From positions 48,732,001 through 48,796,000 of the forward strand of contig OX597814.1 of assembly GCA_951406725.2 (NCBI GenBank): 64,000 bases of DNA, written 5' to 3'. The stretch comes from Octopus vulgaris. Lineage: Eukaryota. Position 1 is the first letter of the stretch; every line of letters starts with the position of its first letter. The notes under the pieces are model-generated. The model ran no database searches, was not told the origin of the DNA, and saw only the letters and a program-made list of their open reading frames with translations. The position numbers were made by a program, and so were the translations under genes. Below, in pieces: positions 55,097-64,000 of this stretch.

Positions 55097-56773
55097 ATTA
55101 TATACTTACCTTTTCCAAACCTATGAAATGATCTCTACCTGGCCACACGGTCTATTCCAAATAGTTACCGAATTCCCTTTCAGATCAGACCCTACCGTAT
55201 TGGGAAACGAGCAGGAATATTGGATAATGTATTCCAAGATGACTCTAAAATGACGTAGTTATCTTAGCAAGAATACTTTTAATCAAAGATCACTTTGGTT
55301 AGGGCAAATTTGGGTCTAAACAACAATAGCCTATCTTTCTTAGATTTCTACCGCTTCTTTCATCATCGGGGTCTGCAGTAAATATTACGTATGGCCCCTA
55401 CATATGAGCAGTTTCCCGCTTAAATGTGAAGACCTGATGAAAGTGCCAATATGGACTAAGTTAATTCTTGTTGCTGGTCTTTGTCACTGTCACCAAACTA
55501 CATACAGAGGTACACATTTTCCCATTTTACTACTCTATTACCCAAACACATTTGTGGCAAGTATGCTTTTGAAAATGTTACACCTAATCAATTATCAATA
55601 GAGGCTTCAAAAACCAACAAACCACTTAATTTGTAAAAATAATATACCTCTTTTGTATGAAGTATTCAGTTTTATGATTAATTTCCTTTGATAAAACACT
55701 TATCTATTGAAAGGGATGACTGAAATATATTGCAGGATTAACGCTGTGTTTAACGCTTTCAGTGTGGTCGTTCGCCTGATATCAGAAGCAACACTTGTAA
55801 CCAAAAACGAAAAAAATGTAGAATGTGTTATAAAGAAGAGATGGCGACACGCAGCTTGAAAGTAATCTTTTCTAGAACAATATTGCTCAGTCTGTTACTG
55901 TAATTAAAAAGATAATATACCGCTACTGCTACATTGTGTTGAACCATTGTAATTATTTTCAAGTATCTCCTTAGAAGCCTCACTAGGAATCAAGAATCCG
56001 TCTATGAACCGCATCAAATATTACTGACCTTAGAAGAGCTAAACAATAAGTTTTGAGATTATAAAAGGATCACAATACTTAGTATTTTAGTGTATAGAGA
56101 GCAACATAAAAAATAAGTAAATGTTTTTATTTTGATTATCTCTAGGGGAGCGAAAGAGTGGCAGAAGAGATAAAATGACAGAAATACTTCAGCACGTTCT
56201 TTATATATTCTGAATTCAAATCCTGTCAAGATCGACTTTATCTTACATTCCTTAAGGACCAATAAAACAATTACCAGCCATGATGTACTGGAATCTATTA
56301 AAGGGTTATACTTGTCTCCATAAGCGTATGGTTTTCTATCTATGTTTAATGTCATTATCACTGTTTCTCGGGACTTTCAAAACACTAATAGTAGAGCACC
56401 GAAACTGGTAAAATCAAATTCTTACTGAAATTAATGCAAGAGTTTAAAGAGATGGACTTACGTTACAACTCCAGCGTATATGAACAATTTGGGAACTCCT
56501 ACCGAACAGGCATGAGACCATGTTTTCGAAGAAAGTGTTAATATTCACAAGCTTTAACGTTTGAGTTGATCTTATCTGAATATTTTCGACGTCCCTAGCT
56601 TTCAGGTAAAAAGTTTCAGTCGCATTTACAAACATTTTAACTTTGTATTGAACTATATTTGAGATATCTGCGTACATCCTTCAACATCGGGGCATTGATA
56701 ATTCAAAACTTCTAAATAAACAAAAATCAGCACGGATAATATTAAAATGTATGTAATATTATATATAGCTATA

Positions 56774-56980
56774 AGGCGGCAAGCTGGCAGAATCGTTAGC
56801 GCGCCGGACAAAATGCTTAGCGCCATTTCGTCCCTCTTTAAGTTCTGAGGTTGATTTTTGTTTGTTTCTTTTAATCTTTTCGGTGTCGATAAAATAAGTA
56901 CCAGTTGAGCATTGGGGTCGACTTAATCAACTTAGCCTCCCCTTAAATTGTAGATTTTTTGCCAACATTTGAAACCAGTA
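56774..56980 (+). mobile_element. Family A SINE (alternative tail)
   Basis: aaggcggcaagctggcagaatcgttagc head and gataaaataagtaccag core. Confidence 0.8.
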
Positions 56981-57452
56981 TTAAGGGTGTGTTGTCATGT
57001 ATACGTACATACATAAATAAATAAGCATACATCTCTTTCGTATGTATGTGTGCGTGCGTGTATGAGAGAGAGAGTGAGTGCCACTTAGACATCACTCTCT
57101 CTCTCTCACACATACACACACACACACACACGCACACATACATACAAAAAAGGTGTATGCATATGTATTTATGTTCGTATATATGACAGCACCTCCTCTC
57201 TCTCTCTCTCCCTCTCTCTCGCACACACACATACATAAATGTATACAAACGTACATACAAAAGCACACGTGTGCGTATGTGACTGACTACAAATACATAG
57301 AGCTGAACACAGCGCGTAAAAAGTAAATGATTTTTTAAAAATTACGGAAATTAACGAATTGTGCGGGTTCAAGTAAAAGAATGTCCATATCTTTTTGGAC
57401 GCCCCATGTTGAATTGCAACATTTTAATGTGATATTTGTGTAATAACGAAAT

Positions 57453-58458
57453 CATGTCATGTCATGTGATGTCATGTCATGTGATGTGATGTCATGTCAT
57501 GTCGGCAATGGTACCATAGGGCTGACTGTGGGCTTGTGGTGGTGGACAGTCACCCCAATGGCGCTGAGAGCATTTGCGCCACCAACACCATGAGCACTAC
57601 TAGTAGCACCACCACCACTAGCACCTCCAATACCAATAGCATCACCAACAACACAACTAGCACCACCAGCACCACCGCCACCACTAGCACTACCAACACC
57701 ATTAGTACCACCTGCGCCGATAGCACCACCAACACCACATGAACCAGTAGGCTCGCCAGCACCACTAGCACCAACAATACCAGAAGCACCACTCGCAACA
57801 CCAGCACCATTAGCAGCACCACCAGCACCATTAGCAACACCACCACCAGCAGCAGCACCACCAGCACCACAAGCACAACTAGCACCACCAACACCACCAC
57901 CACCATTAGCATCACCAGCACCACTAGCACCACCAGCACCACAAGCATCTCTAGCACCACCAGTACCACCACTTGCACCACCAGCACCACTAGCACCACA
58001 AACACCACTAACACCTCCAACACCAATAGCATAGGTAACTGTGGGCTGGTAGTGCTAGACAGTCACCCCAATGGCGCTTCAGACCGAGGTCTTACCACAA
58101 TAGGGCTGACTGTGGGCTGGGATTGATAGACAGCCGCCCCATTTAGCACCACCAGCAACATTTGCACCACCAACATCACGAGCACCACTAGCACCACTAG
58201 CACCACAAGTACTACTAACACCACCAGCACCACTAGCACCATCAAGACCACCACAACCATTGGCACCACCAGCAACACTAGCACCACCAACACCACTAGC
58301 ACCATCAACAGCACCACCAAGCACCACTAGCACCATCAACATCAACACTAGCACCATCAACAGTACCACTAGCATCACTAACATCACCAGCACCTCTCAC
58401 ACCAACAGCACCTGTAGCACAACCAACACCACCAGTACCACTAGCACCACCACCACCA
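57453..58458. repeat. (CATGT)n plus degenerate trinucleotide arrays interrupted by three copies of a module of about 45 nt
   Basis: The module gggctgactgtgggct..gacagtcacccca occurs at about 57519, 58034 and 58103. Confidence 0.85.
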
Positions 58459-58469
58459 GAAAGTTGATA

Positions 58470-59995
58470 ACCCCACAAAATGGCAAAACATTGCATTTTA
58501 ATATATATAATGCATAATTTTGAATGAAACCACACAAAAACTATAACTTTAATTATTTGCTAATAAGTATATTGATATAAAATAAGCTTATTCCAACTAA
58601 TAAAAGTTTTGCAAGATGGCGGAAATCTAAGGTGGCGGCCAAAATTCACTATTTAGATAGACGGATTTTACGGTATAGCGGGTAGGCGGTTTATTTTATG
58701 TCATTTCATATGTTTGCGAGGTTTAGAAGTTCAAATCTTTTGTTTAAAATGTGTTACAGAATGTTATAAACCAATCGTTGAATTTTATACGCTCCACCAG
58801 CTAGACAAGATTTATTCGAGTTTTCTTGTAAATGCAACATCAAACTCATCCAGTGTCACTGAACATGCTCTTGGTTGCATAACAAGATTAATCAATCATG
58901 ATTTTGATCACAAGTCTGTGAATTCTACAAGCACATTCAAGCACGGATTTAAAAATCCGTTGCCCTGAAGAATGAACTCAAATTAGCATCTTCCAAGTTA
59001 AATCCAAGTCGGCTGATCTGATTGAACATCGAAAGTCCGAGGCATTCAGGCAATATACCAAACTCACCAAACCTGGGGGAGGGTGGGGGCTAATGCCTGA
59101 CATCATTAAAGAAAAGGATAACCAATAGCAGCAGTTAATGGTGGAGGGACTGGAGAAGAAGGAATTCGCCAACATTGCACTGGTTAGACGACGAACAGCC
59201 GACTTAGATATTTTGAAAAATCATGGTGGACCGTTTACTAGCAGCACTGAGGTAGATGCCTATCTCCTGGCAGATATACGAAATAAGAAAAAATCGATAG
59301 GCTGTATTTGGAAATCAGATATACCAGGGACACTGCCCTTTCTGTACCAAAAACCAGCGACATTTTTCGTCTTGAATAAAAATTATCAAAAATTGTCAAT
59401 GGAACGATAAGCAATGAACTTGAAAATTTACTTGGATAATGTGAGTTGCAAAACTGATGTAAGCCTTATTGATTTCAATCATGCATTGGAAGACTTAGTG
59501 TGAGGTTATGGAGCCATAATGTTTGTAAAAGTATTATTGTATCATATAAATTACGGAACTGAGGAAATGCTTTTTCTTTCGTAAAATTAAATTACTTAAT
59601 TATTAGTTATTAAACACATCAAATTCGTGTTCTATGATCTCAACAACATATATAAAGACATATCACATGACATTCTTGGTAACAGCTACTAATTTCGTTA
59701 AAACATTGTGTATTTTGGCCGCCATACTGGAAAATCAATTTGCAAAACTAATACTATTTTGGGGATTAGTATTAAAAAATCTATGCTAAGCTAAAATATT
59801 ATATATTTACGTACACTATGGAGTTTGAAATCGATTAAATTAATATTTACCCCTATTTTGCGGGGGTGGGAGGCAAACTTCAAGGGGCAAAAAAAGTTTA
59901 TATCATTGTTTTGTGACCCTAACCACAACTTTTCAGGAATTCACCAAAAGAAGCTCGAAAAAATCAAAATAACATCTTCCACCTACCACTACGCA
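58470..59995 (+). mobile_element. Probable decayed DNA transposon with an unidentified ORF remnant (about 59040-59503)
   Basis: caagatggcgg / ggccgccat motifs flank a frameshifted protein-like stretch, GGPFTSSTEVDAYL...RLYLEIRYTRDT. The ends are not confirmed. Confidence 0.4.
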
Positions 59996-61399
59996 CTTGG
60001 ATATTTTAATCGACAATACCCATGTCCCAGAATGTTTGGCCTTGTCTTTATATTGGAAGTAGGTATTAAGAAACTGAATAATGGTTTCGTGTGTTCACAG
60101 AAATGGTAGAGCGCCCTATTAAATGCTTCTCAGTATTTAAATTTTTGTGGGTGCGCCCGCTTTGAATTGAAATTCCACACAAGTCAACTTTTCCTTTCAC
60201 TACTTTGAGTCTTTAAAATACATATAAGTTATGTACCGGAGCTGATTCAATTAACCAAATCTCTTTTCCAACAAATATGTGGCCTAATGCCAATATTAGA
60301 AACTAATATTAAGAAAAAGAAGAGAAAAAATCAGTATTAAAACAAGAAGCTGAAAGAAGTTTAAATATTTCTATTTGTTGGTTTGAGTTGGTATGAACGT
60401 GACTTTTACAAAATTGATAACAAATCACCAAGTAACAAATAACAGCTGATATTCAGTATCCTACTTGCAACTGTAATTGTAGAAAATTAGAATCTGTTAT
60501 AATTCTAGCCACCTGTTGTATGAGGTAAAGATCAGTAGCCTTTGTACTCTTAAACCATATTCACCTTAGAGATAGACATAACTGGGTGAGATAAGTACGA
60601 CGGTTAATGTTCAATTTGAGTTGCAGCAGGCTGTAGTTGGAACAAAAAGAAGGAGAGAGTATTCCGAGGAAATAATGGTGTAGAAAAAAAAGATTGCATT
60701 TTCTGATAGATGGACTTTAGTAACGACAATGTGTTCAAAGGATAATTAAAGCGAATTTAGGTGGTGTCAGAAAGATTAGAAAAGCTAAGACTTTTCTGGT
60801 ATAAGTTAAATATGCTGAGATCGATGGTGAAAGGGGTGAGGAAGGAAGAGGTAATCATTATTTTGAGAAAGTTGCTTAACTCAGTTCAGCTCTGACTTCG
60901 TAGGCATATGATCAAAGGGATTCTAGTCATACCAATCCGTCTTTTTACTACACCTTTTCACTTTCTGCATTTTAAATTAAATTAAATTAATTTCAAATTA
61001 AAATAAACGAACCATCTATGCATCATATTGCTTTTGCACAGTCGATAGGCCAGTTACGGCTGTATTTGTCCCGAGATAACATCTCTTGAGGATTAGTTGT
61101 GTTGAAAACACAATAAATATTAGAAGGAAACGAAAATTCGTTCCAGCAGCGGCTAGAGAGAGAGCAACAAATGCATTTCAGCCCTCTTAGACCTTTTCAA
61201 CGGTGCCATACTCGCAGCCAACCATAGGTTCGGACGAGAATTTGTCTTTGATAAAGGTAAAAGTGAACAGAACATTTACTGATACTATGAATAGCCGCCA
61301 GGCTTATTCAAAATCTTGTATACGAAACTGGGGCAGTATTTAATTAAAATAGGCATCTATGTATCGGGTGGTTATTCTCAACATCACAGGTACATATCA

Positions 61400-61742
61400 C
61401 GCAATTTAGAGGACAACAGCAAACACAACAGGCCTGAAAAGTCATGCAGTTATTGAGGTCAGCTGCCAAGTGGATATGAACATTCTATGACAAGTTCAAG
61501 AGAAAGAGAACATTTATGGTGAAGTAATACGGAACTTTCGGCGCTTGTACTCTGGTTATATATTTTCATTTGCACCTATTATCATAGAAGCATTGGGCTA
61601 TGTAACCACAGGTTTGCAGAAAAACTTAGAAATGCAAAGACGTTCTAAGAAAGAGCAAAAGAAACTGACGCGCATCCTCCACTTCCAATCTATTATCGGC
61701 ACAGCAAATATTTGTAAGCCATTCCAAAGATTCTGCATCTAA
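61400..61742 (+). pseudogene. Restriction-like endonuclease C-terminus of an R4/Dong-type non-LTR retrotransposon
   Basis: HNRPE..VIEVSCQVDMNI..QEKENIY..PIIIEALG matches the RLE pattern RPD..IE/D..K..KY..PIIIGALG. Confidence 0.7.
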
Positions 61743-61886
61743 GTTTCTTTAAATGGATATATGCACACACTTAGCTGTGTGCATCAACGGAGACACATAT
61801 ATAAATAGTAATGATGCACACACACACATACACCTAAGTACTAAAGAGACATGCTCACTTAGTACATAACTGCAGATGCATACACC

Positions 61887-61964
<78 letters not shown>

Positions 61965-62042
61965 TGTGTGTGTGACCGCGTGTGTATCATTGGCGATTTT
62001 TTTTCCTCCGTCTTCCCTTCCTTGGATCCTTCCTTTTTCTAT

Positions 62043-62077
62043 ATTTCTGACGAAGAGCTCCGCTCGAAACGTTAAAT
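62043..62077 (+). ncRNA. Minimal HHR motif in a small element at about 61975-62179
   Basis: attt-CTGACGA-a-GAGC tcc GCTC-GAAA-C-GTT-aaat. Confidence 0.8.
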
Positions 62078-62195
62078 CCTCCGTCTTTCTTTCCTTTCCT
62101 GAGTGTCCAATAATACTATACTTGTTCCACGTCCTCGCGTTGTTGTGTTTTCTCTTTGTGCTTTCATGTTTGGATAAACTATATATATATATATT

Positions 62196-62736
62196 TTTTC
62201 ATTTCACTAAATTTATCAAGCTTCTGTGTATCTAGTACATACTTCGCCTTTAATGTACTTATATATGAATAATATATGGCCTGTGCTAGAAACACCAGCG
62301 ATAATAATTAATTTTATTTTATTGCATTCTGACTTTGTTTACATATTTCTCGATAAATTTTGAGCGTTAGACTATATACCAGAAATCCCTAGTTTGTCGG
62401 GTACGTTCTGCGTCTGCGCAGTGATCTGATTAGTTAGAAAGAGCAAATCAGTAGACGCACATGTGTCTATCGAGGTGCGATCTCAAAATAACAGGAATCT
62501 TACTGAAGAGCCTACCTGAGTAAATAAATATTATTTTTATTAATGAAATAGGCGAAACTGCAGTCTAAGAAGAACCGAGTTAGTAAAAGTTTTTATTTTC
62601 ATTTCACTAAATTTATCAAGCTTCTGTGTATCTAGTACATACTTCGCCTTTAATGTACTTATATATGAATAATATATGGCCTGTGCTAGAAACACCAGCG
62701 ATAATAATTAATTTTATTTTATCGCATTCTGACTTT

Positions 62737-62741
<5 letters not shown>
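62196..62741 (+). mobile_element. Retrozyme-like partial tandem (400-nt period) inserted in (TA)n
   Basis: 62196-62341 is repeated almost exactly at 62596-62741, with an HHR between the copies and (TA)n on both sides. Confidence 0.8.
62498..62570 (+). ncRNA. Canonical type I hammerhead ribozyme motif
   Basis: TCTTA-CTGAAGA-GCCTA..TAGGC-GAAA-CTGCA-GTC-TAAGA. All three stems are perfect and stem III ACTGCAGT is palindromic. Confidence 0.9.
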
Positions 62742-62813
<72 letters not shown>

Positions 62814-63475
62814 CTAACTCAACCACATATTATAAACCCCGGAACTCAAAAAGCTTTGTCGCTTTGTTAATGAGCAGCCTCAACTCCATGGGAAAATTTA
62901 CATATAACTCACAGAAAAGCATGCACACACATCCAGATATGTATGCTTCGATGTGTGTTACGGATAGCATTGCTAGTGTTAAGAATGAAGAATATTAGCT
63001 ATAAACATAGTGTGGCGCCAGTGAAAAGATATAATCCGTCAATCTACATCGACGCTCTCATTTGTGATACAGACGAATAAAAAAAATACCTAACCAATGC
63101 TTTTAATGATCAAGGTCTGAAAATTTGACCTTGACCTTATATACCAATGAACAAATTTGATCACCAGATGATGGTAGAAAACCTCCTTAACAGGGTTAGC
63201 AAATGAGAGACCGATGACATTTCAGTGTTGATTGGTATCGGGAAGATCATATATAAATATAAATAAACTTATAGTCAACGACATAGTAGACCCGAAGAAA
63301 ATCTTGATCCAACTTGAAACAGCTTGCTTATATTAGCTTCTCTACTCAGTGCTTAATGTGAATTCTACGTGTGCCAGCGCCACTAATATACATACGATTA
63401 TGAATAGGTGAATATGTGTTTATAAACATTAATCAGATATGTTTATCTTTATAAACGCACACACGCACATACACA

Positions 63476-63567
63476 CATGTATGTATGTATGTATGTATGT
63501 ATGTATGTATGTATGTATGTATGTATGTATGTATGTATGTATGTATGTATGTTTGTATGTATGTATG

Positions 63568-63598
<31 letters not shown>

Positions 63599-63640
63599 GT
63601 ATGAATATATGTATATAAGTGCGTGTGTATACATACATGC

Positions 63641-63684
<44 letters not shown>

Positions 63685-63906
63685 TGTATGTATACACACG
63701 CACTTATATACATATCTACGTATTTACCTTATATACGTATATATCTATATATGTATAGGTATGTATACACACACACATATATATACATGCATATATAAGT
63801 GTGTGTGTGTATGCATGTGTGAGTTTGTGAGTGTGTGTATGTATGTATGTATGTATGTATGTATGTATGTATGTATGTATGTATGTATGTATGTATGTAT
63901 GTATGT
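63476..63906. repeat. (TATG)n/(TA)n compound microsatellite
   Basis: Read directly from the sequence. It is representative of dozens of similar tracts in the window. Confidence 0.95.
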
Positions 63907-64000
63907 ATTTGTTATACTGTTGACGTCATAAGAATTTATAGAATTTCGAAAAAACGTGAAATAGATCTCTTTTGAATAGTGGATCTTGAAACACACAAAG

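Noticed and set aside
57519-58145. Spaced repeats superficially like a CRISPR array
   Set aside because: Eukaryotic context, irregular low-complexity spacers and no cas genes.

Overview
AT-rich, microsatellite-saturated animal DNA with no supportable host protein-coding gene; it looks intronic or intergenic. The SINE families resemble those of octopod cephalopods, but that is an inference. Most listed ORFs are microsatellite or low-complexity artefacts. The window holds many tRNA-derived SINEs, one Tc1 and two mariner elements with TIRs and TA sites, and a piggyBac relic. It also has Merlin-like, hAT-like and pogo-like MITEs, two short Helitron copies, RTE, CR1 and R4/Dong-like LINE fragments, and two Penelope-like GIY-YIG fragments. 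The main unexpected signal, read by eye, is a dense set of type I hammerhead ribozyme (HHR) motifs: 10 complete or near-complete motifs from about 7 sequence families, plus 2 fold-back half-ribozymes. They lie in small non-coding elements that mostly abut (TA)n tracts. They include a family with a reciprocal G3:C8 core swap, a 400-nt retrozyme-like partial tandem, and inverted duplications whose breakpoints coincide with ribozyme landmarks. All folds are manual base-pairing, and no activity has been tested.
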